DNA of 45,850 nt, from the IMG/VR virus record IMGVR_UViG_3300037420_001608, positions 1 through 45,850 of that record. One strand, written 5' to 3'. Of the stretch, positions 18,575-27,473 are shown piece by piece. The notes beneath the pieces are model-generated. The model was not told the origin of the DNA. It saw only the letters and a program-made list of their open reading frames with translations, and did no database searches. The translations under genes and the position numbers were made by a program. Source of the DNA: a virus. Taxonomy: Duplodnaviria > Caudoviricetes. The number at the start of each line of letters is the position of its first letter. Within the stretch, counting starts at the first letter, position 1.

Positions 18575-20989
18575 ATGACCTACCCCGGCTCTGGCACCTT
18601 CCCCGGCACGAGCACCTTCCCCGGGGAGTCCCCGACAGAACCAACAGTCGGCATCGGGAACGCCGCGGGAGTCTCGGCCAGCCCGTGCATCTCAGCCGGC
18701 ATAGGCAACCCCGCCGGATGGTGGGCGTCGGAGCAGCCAGGGGCCGTCCTGGTTGGTCTCGGTAACCCTGCCGGCTTCAGCGCGACCGCTCATGCTGAGA
18801 CCCGCCAAGGGAACAGTGCCGGCCTCAGCGCCGCACCGCACGTCGAGGCCGGGGTCGGCAATCCTGCGGGCTGGGCGAACCCGGAGACAGGCCTTCTCGC
18901 CGCGCACTCGACCACCCGCATCACCTCGGCCATTGGCGCGCCCATCATCGCCGACCTGGTCAGCGCGCACTCGACCACGCGCATCACGTCGGCACTCCCA
19001 TCCCCAGCCGACGTCGAGCACGTGTCCGCCCACTCCCGCACCGTCATCTCGAGTAGCGCGATCGTGCAGCGCGTCTTCAAGCTCGACCCGGTCACGCTGC
19101 TGCCACAGTTCCGGCTCATCGTCGTGGACCGTGCTGGCACCAACCTCGGCGAGCTGCAGGGCGCGATCCTGGGCGACGCGACCTATGCCAAGGGCGGCGT
19201 GCTCTCGTTCTCGTTCAGCGTCCGGAAGAACCACCCCCGGATCCAGCTGCTCTCCAAGGGCGCCGAGGTGCAGGTCTGGTCCGGCGACGAGCCGATCCGC
19301 GAGTCCTGGTTCGTGATCGTCGAGGACCCCACCGACGGCGGCGCCGCCTGGACGTTCAAGTGCGAAGGCATCCGCTGGCACCTGGGCAACCTCGTCATCG
19401 GCCGGCCCCGCCCCGAGCTGCTCAAGAACGGCGGCTTCGAGGACAACCTCAAGCACTGGCATCCAGTCGTCTTCGCCGGGTCCGCCTCAATGGCGCCCCC
19501 GACGAGCCAGATCGTGTCCGGCGCGCAGGCGCTCGCCGGCGGGAAGGCGCTGCGCACGACCGCGGTCCTGTCCGTCGTCGTCAAGGAGGAGAAGACGGCC
19601 GCGATCTTCAAGGGCAACCAGCCGTATGCCGGCAGCCCGCTCTCCTCCGGGTACCTGGCCGGCGGCGACCAGATCATCCGCAACATGGTCACCGACATCC
19701 CCAAGGGCCAGACCATCACGCTCGAGGCCTTCACCGCCGACGTCGACTCCGGCACCGGGCAGGCCCTGTCCGAGCGCCGCGCCGAGGCGGCGAAGGCGAC
19801 GATCCTCGCCACACGCCCGGACCTGCACGTCAACGCCTACGGCCGCGGCGAGACCGTCCAAGTCGCCCCGAACGACACTCCCGCCAACCAGGCGAAGAAC
19901 CGCCGCATCCTGCTCACGTGGGATGGCACCCGCATCGGGCATCGGCAGGCGCACAACCAGTGGTTCACCTACGAGAACACCACCCGCGTCGCGACCGCGC
20001 TCGAGTTCTCCGGCTGGGCCAACCTCATCGACTACGTCGGCCCGTCGAAAGACGGTTGGCTCTTCTACATCAACCGCCGCCACGCCTCCGCGCCGAGCAA
20101 GATCCTCGACGAGCAGATGTTCGACCTGGCCGCCACGTTCCCCAAGCAGCGGTGGACCCCCGGCGGCATGTCGATCCTGTCCCCCGCGTTCAGCGAGGAC
20201 ATCTACGAGGTGCGCCTCTACGGCTCCGCCGGCGACACCGTCTTCGACGAGCTCTCCTGCAAGCCCAACGTGCTCACCGCCTGGTACAACGTCACCCGCC
20301 CCACCCTCTACGCCGGGCTCATCGCGCACGCACAGGACCCAGCGTTCGGGAAGGTCGACCTCAACATCGACACCAACTGCCCCACGTTCGGCATCCGCGA
20401 CGACTACGAGTACGCCCACAAGGACCACCGCACCGTCGACAACGCCCTCGCCGAGCAGCTGTCCGCCGACGACTCCCCCGACTTCTGGATCGACACCACC
20501 GCCACGCAGCGCATCGCCCGCACCGCGGGACGCCGCGGCCGCCGCGCACCCGTGCAGCTCGAGCTCGGCGGCGTCGTCGAGTCCTACACGAAGGGCGGCG
20601 ACATCGACCGGCGCGCCACCGTCGGTATCGTCACCTCCAGCCTCAACGGCGGCGGCACCGCCGAGGCCTACGCCACCGGCCCGAAGGTCAACGGGCTCGT
20701 CCTCGAACGTGTCCAGGCGACCGAGCCGAACCGCACAGTGGCCCGCGCCTCTCAGATCGCCCGTCGGATGATCCGCTACGGCGCCAGCGGTGAAGAGATC
20801 ACGTCCGTCACGTGCAAGCCCAGCAAGACGCTGATGCTGCTGCAGAAGGGCGTGTGGGTCGGCGACGTGTGCCGCACCACCGTCAAGGACGGCGGCGTCG
20901 ACGTCGACGCCGACCACCGCATCAGCGAGGTGCGGATCTCCTTCGCCCGTAACCAGATCAGCTACGAGCTCGAGCAGGAGGTGGTCTGA
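18575..20989 (+). CDS. Tail hub/Tal-like protein with N-terminal repeats, CBM-like domain and OmpA-like domain
   Basis: LLKNGGFED (CBM4/9-like start); LSERRAEAA...GRGE...NDTPANQAKNRRI (OmpA C-like); C-terminal VWVGDVC...RISEVRISF hub-like. Confidence 0.8.
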   Translation: MTYPGSGTFPGTSTFPGESPTEPTVGIGNAAGVSASPCISAGIGNPAGWWASEQPGAVLVGLGNPAGFSATAHAETRQGNSAGLSAAPHVEAGVGNPAGWANPETGLLAAHSTTRITSAIGAPIIADLVSAHSTTRITSALPSPADVEHVSAHSRTVISSSAIVQRVFKLDPVTLLPQFRLIVVDRAGTNLGELQGAILGDATYAKGGVLSFSFSVRKNHPRIQLLSKGAEVQVWSGDEPIRESWFVIVEDPTDGGAAWTFKCEGIRWHLGNLVIGRPRPELLKNGGFEDNLKHWHPVVFAGSASMAPPTSQIVSGAQALAGGKALRTTAVLSVVVKEEKTAAIFKGNQPYAGSPLSSGYLAGGDQIIRNMVTDIPKGQTITLEAFTADVDSGTGQALSERRAEAAKATILATRPDLHVNAYGRGETVQVAPNDTPANQAKNRRILLTWDGTRIGHRQAHNQWFTYENTTRVATALEFSGWANLIDYVGPSKDGWLFYINRRHASAPSKILDEQMFDLAATFPKQRWTPGGMSILSPAFSEDIYEVRLYGSAGDTVFDELSCKPNVLTAWYNVTRPTLYAGLIAHAQDPAFGKVDLNIDTNCPTFGIRDDYEYAHKDHRTVDNALAEQLSADDSPDFWIDTTATQRIARTAGRRGRRAPVQLELGGVVESYTKGGDIDRRATVGIVTSSLNGGGTAEAYATGPKVNGLVLERVQATEPNRTVARASQIARRMIRYGASGEEITSVTCKPSKTLMLLQKGVWVGDVCRTTVKDGGVDVDADHRISEVRISFARNQISYELEQEVV

Positions 20990-20990
20990 C

Positions 20991-21188
20991 ATGGCCCTGC
21001 CGCGTGAGCACGGCGCCGGCCGGACAACCCCGCGCAGGGAGATCGCCAGGCAGAACGACGAGCTCGAGGCCATCCGCCGCGACCACGTCGAGACGCCGCA
21101 GCCGCAAGGCCTGGTTCTCATCCGCGAGCAGCGGTCCGAGACGTGGCAGAACGGCGTGGCCTGGCTCAAGGTCCCGGGCGAGGTCTGA
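20991..21188 (+). CDS. Small tail-region protein
   Basis: GGAGG RBS, 65 aa. Confidence 0.7.
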   Translation: MALPREHGAGRTTPRREIARQNDELEAIRRDHVETPQPQGLVLIREQRSETWQNGVAWLKVPGEV

Positions 21189-21189
21189 C

Positions 21190-22770
21190 GTGGCCTGGTA
21201 CGGCGAGTCCTACCAGTTGTACGGTGGCGGAGTCCTCGCGGGCAGCGCCGTCGACTTCAGCGACTGGTACGACCACTACGACGACACCAGCCACACATTG
21301 ACCGCGGGCGACGATGTCATCGTCGGCTCTTACGCGGACCCTGCCGACTCGACAGAGTTCGCCGCCTTCGCGGACCCCATCGAGGTGCGCTGGGTCATCG
21401 AGGTCCTCAGCGGCAGCGGCACGCTCGAACTGTCGGCGGGACTCGATCCGGACTGGGCGTTCGAGAACCCGGGGCTCGCCACGCAGACCCTCGGCACCCT
21501 CACCGCTGCTGGGGCAGGGACGCTCGTCTCGGCACCCGTCACGGTCGTCGATCATGCCGAGCTCATCGCCCAGACATCCGCGGTCATCGCGCGCATCCAA
21601 TGCACCAGCGGCAGCATCGACGTCGCGCAGGTCAAGCTGCGCGTCTGGCCGACAGCAGGCGTCGCTGGGGCGTGGGTGCCAGCTGGCGACGGGACGGCCG
21701 TGAACGCTGCGGTCCGGCGCTGGAACGATCTCGGGGTCCCGGACTCCAACGAGACTGGGCTGCTCGTCGAGAACATCAACGATCCCGCCTCCTACCCCGA
21801 CCCGGATGGCGCCGAGGATGTCGCGCTGGACGCGCAACTTCTCGCCATCGACGACCTCGCGTCCAAGGTCGGCGCGACGGCGAACTTCGGCAGCGTCACC
21901 ACCGCGCACACCGGGGAGATCGCCGCCTCGCAGAACGGCACCGGCGCGCTCCTGTACGTCGTGTTCGCCAGCCCGAACCAGTACTACTACACGGGCGAGG
22001 CGTACATCCGCTCCAACCCCGGCATCATCAAGGCCGACATCGCCAACGCGGTGCCGGACGTGGTCACGAACGGCATCGATCCGCACGAGCACCGCTACGA
22101 GACCGAGGCGTACGTCCGGCCCGCCGGCGGCGGCCCGCTCGTCCCGGAGTTCGGCGGGTGGACCACCGCCGCCGTCGAGGTCACGTTCTCGACGTCGGAC
22201 CCGACCGCATGGGCGACTGGTCCTGCCGTGCTGCAGCAGCACGACATCGACCCTGACTTCGAACCGACTATCGACCCGGTCCTCGGCTACTCGCAGATGC
22301 CGTATCAGGTGTACACGGGAGGCGCTCAGACCGACATCCCGCCCGGTGGCGAGTTCGAGACGCAGGTCGTTCAAACGGTGCCGCTGTCCGGGGGTCAGGC
22401 GCTCGTCGTCGCGGTCCAGACGCCGGGCATCATTACGCCCACGGCGTCCGCTCGCGGTGTCACCGACGAGGAGTTCGCTGGCGACCCAGTCCACGGGTAC
22501 GGCTTCAACCTCGCGGCCCGTGCTGATGTGGTCGACACTGGGCACCTCGTGCTGTTCGGTCCGGTCGAGGTGTACGACCCGGCAGGCACGCCAGCCCTGG
22601 CGCCGCGTTTCTTCGTCGTCTACGAGGGTGAGGACCGCCCCGTCGGCTTCGGGAAACCTGAGACCGAGGGAGCCGTCTTCGGTGTGCAGGCGGCGCTCGG
22701 GAACTACCGCGACCTCACCTTCGCCGAGTACGCCTCGGTCGACGGTCCGCTCCCGGACTTCACCCCATGA
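21190..22770 (+). CDS. Acidic, beta-rich putative receptor-binding or minor tail protein
   Basis: GTG 21190 follows the previous stop; 526 aa at the end of the tail module. Confidence 0.65.
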   Translation: MAWYGESYQLYGGGVLAGSAVDFSDWYDHYDDTSHTLTAGDDVIVGSYADPADSTEFAAFADPIEVRWVIEVLSGSGTLELSAGLDPDWAFENPGLATQTLGTLTAAGAGTLVSAPVTVVDHAELIAQTSAVIARIQCTSGSIDVAQVKLRVWPTAGVAGAWVPAGDGTAVNAAVRRWNDLGVPDSNETGLLVENINDPASYPDPDGAEDVALDAQLLAIDDLASKVGATANFGSVTTAHTGEIAASQNGTGALLYVVFASPNQYYYTGEAYIRSNPGIIKADIANAVPDVVTNGIDPHEHRYETEAYVRPAGGGPLVPEFGGWTTAAVEVTFSTSDPTAWATGPAVLQQHDIDPDFEPTIDPVLGYSQMPYQVYTGGAQTDIPPGGEFETQVVQTVPLSGGQALVVAVQTPGIITPTASARGVTDEEFAGDPVHGYGFNLAARADVVDTGHLVLFGPVEVYDPAGTPALAPRFFVVYEGEDRPVGFGKPETEGAVFGVQAALGNYRDLTFAEYASVDGPLPDFTP

Positions 22771-23021
22771 GCCCGCGCACCTTGGGCATCGAACTTGAGC
22801 GCCTCACCGATGACAGCGAGGCCGTTCGTCGCGACCAGCCCGTGCCACTGGCCGCGCCACCGTTCTGCGTCGTCTCAGCCGTCCCGCCCGTCTCCGGGCT
22901 GGCCGGGACGCTTTGGCTCGACACCGGCACTGTCGGGCCGCTCGGGTCACACCCGCTGTGGGTCAGGCTCTTCGACGGCTCGTTCACGCACGTCGCATGG
23001 CTGGTGCTCGACGACCAGTGA
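22767..23021 (+). CDS. Small tail-region protein resembling 20991..21188
   Basis: ATGA coupling; shared ExxRxxDxxEA(I/V)RRD motif. Confidence 0.6.
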   Translation: MSPRTLGIELERLTDDSEAVRRDQPVPLAAPPFCVVSAVPPVSGLAGTLWLDTGTVGPLGSHPLWVRLFDGSFTHVAWLVLDDQ

Positions 23022-24029
23022 ACTCCCGCCCCGACGGAGCGGGGCTTCCACCCAACGGTAAGACGCCGCGGCGAGCAGCATGGACACCGGGAACATGATC
23101 GCGGCGTGCCATGGCCATGACAGGCCGAACTGGATATCGAGGATCTTGCCGAGCGGTCCGTGGATCAGGTACAGGCCGTAGGCATGCACGCCGAACCACC
23201 TGAGCGCCGGTGCACCGAGTAGACGAGGCGCGCGACGGCCGGTCGCGGCAAGCACCAACAGCCCACCGACCCCTGCGGCGAAGACCGGTCCGAAAACCAC
23301 GGCCTGCGCAAAGGGCCAGCCCACGATCGGCACAGCGAGGGCCGCTGACGCAACGACCAGCAGCATCCCGGGTCGGGCGCGCTGCGGCCGGCTGCCCTGC
23401 CACGCCGCCAACGCCGCCCCAAGCATCAGCGCGAACGCGTTCGAGTCCGTGCCCCCGTAGATCCGGGGCAGGCTGGATCCGCTCATGATGAGGCGCAGAC
23501 GGATGAGTACAGATAGCACCACGCCAGCCACCGCGAGCAGCAACACCAGGCGCCGTCCATGCCGCGCGACGATCATGATGACGACTGGCCAGACGAGGTA
23601 GAACTGCTCCTCGACCGCGAGCGACCACATGTGCAGCACCGACACGGTGAGAGTCGAGGGGTCCACCCAGTTCGAGACGTAGAGCAGCACGGGCGGCAGC
23701 ACGCTCCAACGGAACCACCACGCGCCGAGCACCGTGCTGAGCGCGACGATGACGGCCAGGCTGGCCAGCATGGCGGGCAGGAGCCGTCGCGCGCGCCGCT
23801 CGTAGAAACGCGGCAGCGAGATGCGCCCAGTCCGCTCGCGCTCTTCGAGCAACAGCTCGGTAATGAGGAAGCCGGAGAGCACGAAGAACACGGTCACTCC
23901 GGCCGCTCCGCCGCCGGTGAAACCCGGGATCCCCGCGTGATGACACATCACGAGCAGGATGGCGATGCCGCGCACCCCGTCAAGCGCGGGGCGGTGCCCA
24001 AGCCGCCACGGCTCCCCTGTCCCCCGCAT
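22947..24029 (-). CDS. Acyltransferase-3 family O-acyltransferase (Oac/OafA-like, AT3 domain only)
   Basis: RPALDGVRGIAI, GVTVFFVLSGFLIT, FYERRARRLLP, HMWSLAVEEQFYLVWP, SYRWVE; multiple TM helices; CATCCT -10 7 nt before the ATG. Confidence 0.93.
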   Translation of the reverse strand: MRGTGEPWRLGHRPALDGVRGIAILLVMCHHAGIPGFTGGGAAGVTVFFVLSGFLITELLLEERERTGRISLPRFYERRARRLLPAMLASLAVIVALSTVLGAWWFRWSVLPPVLLYVSNWVDPSTLTVSVLHMWSLAVEEQFYLVWPVVIMIVARHGRRLVLLLAVAGVVLSVLIRLRLIMSGSSLPRIYGGTDSNAFALMLGAALAAWQGSRPQRARPGMLLVVASAALAVPIVGWPFAQAVVFGPVFAAGVGGLLVLAATGRRAPRLLGAPALRWFGVHAYGLYLIHGPLGKILDIQFGLSWPWHAAIMFPVSMLLAAASYRWVEAPLRRGGSSLVVEHQPCDVRERAVEEPDPQRV

Positions 24030-24155
24030 GCGTTCAAGGATGCCCGCCCGTCGCTCGCCCGTCTGGCGAATCGACCAACCGCACCACGACAGGAGTCGAT
24101 GTGAGCTTTCGCCCTACCCGCGCGCCTGAGCGCGCTCTGGAGACGAGGAGTGCTC

Positions 24156-24629
24156 ATGCCACTGCGCGGATACAGCACTGACCGGCGACCACCAACCGTG
24201 CTCGACCACATGCTCGCCCACCCCTACGCGATGTCGATCGGCACCTTCCAGGTCTGCGCCGGCACGCTTGCGCTCCTGGTCACGCTGTTCGACTTCTCCG
24301 TCAGCCAGTCCATCGAACGACTCCCGCAACCACTCGTGGCCGCCACCGGCATCTTGTTTGCACTCGGCGGCGTGCAGACCATCCGCGGGCTGCTCGACGA
24401 CGACGACGACCTGATGCAGGGCTGGAAGATCGAACGCACCGGGCTAATCCTGTCCGGCGCTGCCTGGTTCGTCTTCGCGCTGGCCATCGTCACATCGTTC
24501 CCCCGCGGAGTCCTCACCTGGCTGTTCTGCTTCCTCGTCGGGTGCGGCGGGCACGGGCTGCGGTACTGGGCCACCATCCGCGAGGAGCGGCGAGTACGAG
24601 CCCGGATGGCAGAGGCAGGGATCGCATGA
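24156..24629 (+). CDS. Four-TM membrane protein, lysis module
   Basis: GAGGAG RBS; four hydrophobic segments. Confidence 0.75.
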   Translation: MPLRGYSTDRRPPTVLDHMLAHPYAMSIGTFQVCAGTLALLVTLFDFSVSQSIERLPQPLVAATGILFALGGVQTIRGLLDDDDDLMQGWKIERTGLILSGAAWFVFALAIVTSFPRGVLTWLFCFLVGCGGHGLRYWATIREERRVRARMAEAGIA

Positions 24630-25078
24630 CCGAGACGGGACTGGTCGGGGCAGCCGTCACGCTCATACTTGCCGCTGCGAGCGGCATCGGGTACCTGCTA
24701 CGCCGACGCGACAACCAGAAGGACCCCATCCCAAAGGAGTCCGCCGCGGTCGCCCTGGCCAATCAGTCCGTCGCGATCATGATGGGCGTCGCCACTCGCC
24801 TCACGACCGAGGTAGAGCAGGTCAAGGCACAGCTTGCCGCAGTGAAGGCCGAATCGGAGCGGACCAAGGCGATGCAGGACGCCCAGGTGCACTCGCTCGA
24901 GGCGTCCGTCGAGACACTCGACGAGTCACTCTCCGCCGCGATCCGGTTCATCGAACAGCTGATGCGCCACACCATGTCCGGCGGCCGCGAGCCGAAGCCC
25001 GCCATCCCGCCGCAGCTGCACGACCTCATCGACCCCATGCTCCGACGCTGGGGCGCAACGGGAACCGCGGGCGTCTGA
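24626..25078 (+). CDS. Single-TM + coiled-coil lysis accessory protein
   Basis: ATGA coupling; N-terminal TM followed by heptad-like helix. Confidence 0.75.
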   Translation: MTETGLVGAAVTLILAAASGIGYLLRRRDNQKDPIPKESAAVALANQSVAIMMGVATRLTTEVEQVKAQLAAVKAESERTKAMQDAQVHSLEASVETLDESLSAAIRFIEQLMRHTMSGGREPKPAIPPQLHDLIDPMLRRWGATGTAGV

Positions 25079-25127
25079 CCCGCACCACTGACCACTCGGG
25101 GACCCCTCACCACAAGGAGACCCCGCG

Positions 25128-25625
25128 ATGCGTCGCGCCCTGCTCGCAGCCCTCACGCTGCTCGCCCTCACCCTCACGTCCGCCACGCCAGCCGAAGGCG
25201 CCACCTACGGGTGGCGCTGGGCCGGCACCATCCGCGTCTACGACGCCACCGGAGACACCCGTTGGGGCGCCACCCTCGCGGCGCAGCAGTGGGCCAAGTC
25301 CGGCGTCGACATCCGCGCCGTCAACGCGCCGTGCACGGGCTGCATCACCATCACCACCGACCCAGGCCTCCCGTATGCCGGGCTCGCCCAGTGGTCCGTC
25401 ACTGACAGCACCGCCACCAGCTGCAGCGTGCGTCTCAACCCGCTCTTCGCCGGCATGACCGTCGCGCACCACACGGCGTTGCACGAGATCGGGCACTGCC
25501 TCGGACTCGACCACAACCCGACCTTCATCAAGCGGTCGGTCATGAACGCGACGGTCTCCCCGTCGACGGCCGTCAACGCGCCCTCGTCGCGCGACCTGCG
25601 CAACCTGCGCTCCCTCTACTCCTGA
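25128..25625 (+). CDS. Secreted matrixin-like (metzincin) Zn metalloprotease
   Basis: Signal peptide MRRALLAALTLLALTLTSATPAEGA; HEIGHCLGLDH; Met-turn SVM. Confidence 0.88.
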   Translation: MRRALLAALTLLALTLTSATPAEGATYGWRWAGTIRVYDATGDTRWGATLAAQQWAKSGVDIRAVNAPCTGCITITTDPGLPYAGLAQWSVTDSTATSCSVRLNPLFAGMTVAHHTALHEIGHCLGLDHNPTFIKRSVMNATVSPSTAVNAPSSRDLRNLRSLYS

Positions 25626-25701
25626 GCGACCCGTTTCAGGACAACCCCCGGGCCCGGCCAGCGCCACGCTGCCGGGCCTCTGCACTGCCCAGGAGGCAGC
25701 C

Positions 25702-25821
25702 GTGTCCGAACAGCCGACCCGATTCCCCGACGTCGCAGAGGAACCCGACGTCCTCGTCGAGCCCGACCTCGACCCCAACGAGGTGGACCTGTCCGACCTC
25801 ACCGACGCCGAGGAGGAGTGA
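25702..25821 (+). CDS. 39-aa highly acidic peptide (MSEQPTRFPDVAEEPDVLVEPDLDPNEVDLSDLTDAEEE)
   Basis: AGGAGG RBS; its TGA overlaps the endolysin ATG; not in the ORF track. Confidence 0.7.
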   Translation: MSEQPTRFPDVAEEPDVLVEPDLDPNEVDLSDLTDAEEE

Positions 25822-26582
25822 TGGTCGAGTTCCGCCCCAACGACGCGCTCACGATCGTCCAGCGTGCCCGGTCCTTCACGCGCTACCTGCCCATCGGGTA
25901 CTGCGCGAACTTCACCTGGAACTGCGTCACCTCCGGCCTCAAGCGGTACGGCATCGCCGACGCGAACGCCGCCTGGGAACGCGCCACCCAGAAGGTCACC
26001 ACCGGCATCCCGCCCGCCGGCGCCCCCGTCTACTGGGCTGGTGGCCGCCACGGCCACATCGCAGTCTCCGTCGGCGGCGGCCGTGTCCGCTCAACCGACT
26101 GGCCCACCCTCGGCCAGGTCGGCGAAGTCGACATCAACACCATCGGCCGCGAGTGGGGCATCACCTACCGCGGCTGGTCCCGGGACTTCTGCGGAGACCC
26201 GATCCCCGGCCTCGAGAAGAAGGTGCCCCCGCCGCCCAAGCCGGCCGCGACGATCCCCCGCCCGCCGCGGTACGACTTCTCCACCGCCATCAAGATCGAC
26301 GACGAGCAGCTGCGCCCCGGCCGCTCCAACGCCGTCGCCCGCGCCTACAACGCCCGCATCTGGTCGTGGCTCTACTACTTCGACCGCGCCTGGTGCGTCG
26401 CGAACTACGCGGCGTGGATGAAGGAGCCGTCGTCGAAGTTCGGGCCGATGTCGGTCAAGGCGACCCAGCGCGTGTACGCGAAGCTCCGTGCGTCCAACGC
26501 GAAGGCGTGGCCGAAGTCGTCCCTCGCCGCGACGTGGCCTGGCCCGCTCATGCTGCGCCGCCTCGGCCTCCGCGCGGACTGA
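25821..26582 (+). CDS. Endolysin: CHAP/NlpC-P60-like cysteine peptidase + basic C-terminal binding domain
   Basis: GYCANFT...PPAGAPVYWAGGRHGHIAVSVGGG...STD...YRGW; Pro-rich linker. Confidence 0.85.
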   Translation: MVEFRPNDALTIVQRARSFTRYLPIGYCANFTWNCVTSGLKRYGIADANAAWERATQKVTTGIPPAGAPVYWAGGRHGHIAVSVGGGRVRSTDWPTLGQVGEVDINTIGREWGITYRGWSRDFCGDPIPGLEKKVPPPPKPAATIPRPPRYDFSTAIKIDDEQLRPGRSNAVARAYNARIWSWLYYFDRAWCVANYAAWMKEPSSKFGPMSVKATQRVYAKLRASNAKAWPKSSLAATWPGPLMLRRLGLRAD

Positions 26583-26586
26583 TCCC

Positions 26587-26739
26587 GTGGGCGTCGATCA
26601 CCGCCCCGAGCTCGAGCGCCGGGCGGTCCGGGCGCTGCGCCGCTGCGTCCTGCTCATCCTCGGCTGCGCCGCCTTCGGCGGCGGAGTCGCAGCCGCCACT
26701 GTCCTCTACCTCACCACGCCCAAGGAGGCACCGTGTTGA
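26587..26739 (+). CDS. Small single-TM protein
   Basis: 50 aa with a hydrophobic stretch, between lysin and holin. Confidence 0.55.
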   Translation: MGVDHRPELERRAVRALRRCVLLILGCAAFGGGVAAATVLYLTTPKEAPC

Positions 26740-27173
26740 GCCAGCTCCTCCCGTCCATCATCCGCACCGTCGTCCCGATGCTCGTCGCGCTCGTCACCTC
26801 GTGGCTCGTCAAGCTCGGCATCGACCCCGGCCCCTACCAGGACCTCCTCAGCCAGCTCGCCGGCGGCCTGGTAGCCACCCTGTACTACGTCGCGGTCCGA
26901 TTCTTCGAGACTCACATCAAACCGAAGTTCGGGTGGCTCCTCGGCTACGCGAAGCAGCCCACCTACGACGCGCCCGCGGCACCGTCCGAGACGTCACCCA
27001 CCGGCTACGAGGCCACCCCAGATGCGCCCGCCGACATCCCGGTCGGCGAGGCCGTCGAGGTCACCGAGGCCGCGCCTGGCTCGGTCACCGAGGGCATCAA
27101 CGACATCCTCGGGGAGGCGCTCCAGGGCGACCCGCTCGACGGCCCGAACGAGGACTACGAACCGCGCCACTGA
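26733..27173 (+). CDS. Holin
   Basis: SIIRTVVPMLV...YYVAVRFFE...GWLLG...QPTY; two TMs, acidic tail. Confidence 0.82.
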   Translation: MLSQLLPSIIRTVVPMLVALVTSWLVKLGIDPGPYQDLLSQLAGGLVATLYYVAVRFFETHIKPKFGWLLGYAKQPTYDAPAAPSETSPTGYEATPDAPADIPVGEAVEVTEAAPGSVTEGINDILGEALQGDPLDGPNEDYEPRH

Positions 27174-27263
27174 TCACTGTCACCGCCGTGACGTAGCGTC
27201 ACCTTCGCGACCAGATCGCAACGGCCGGCCGCGGCGCCCCACGCCACATAAGCGGCCAGCACA

Positions 27264-27301
27264 GAGCCCCCGCTCACCTCACGGTGGGCGGGGGCTCATT
27301 T
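27264..27301 (+). terminator. Intrinsic terminator of the late/lysis operon
   Basis: GAGCCCCCGCTCACC-tcac-GGTGGGCGGGGGCTC followed by ATTT. Confidence 0.75.
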
Positions 27302-27473
27302 GCTATGCCCCCGAGGCGACGGCCGGCCTCCTGGCCGAGCAACGCACCCCCAGTGCTCTCTCACCGTGCCACGCGCGGCGGCGCGCCGTGAGCCGATCGA
27401 TGAGATCCACAGAAGCGACCGGGTACGGTTCCGATTGCCGGCGTCCGCTCCCCCTGTGCGGGCGTCGGCCCTC

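Noticed and set aside
2163-21169. Long minus-strand and alternate-frame ORFs (e.g. 2163..4520, 5172..6653, 19487..21169, 16467..18578)
   Set aside because: Typical stop-poor shadows of high-GC genes; Arg/Pro/Gly-rich with no motifs or RBS
16032-23021. DGR or invertible tail-fibre shufflon
   Set aside because: No reverse transcriptase, invertase or long near-identical nucleotide repeats seen
24091-24181. AGGAG-led ATG-TGA minigene or 26-aa GTG ORF before the lysis genes
   Set aside because: Too short, with no motif; may be a remnant or chance
27297-27410. 37-aa minus-strand ORF (MDLIDRLTARRRAW...)
   Set aside because: No clear RBS or -10 element, low-information sequence
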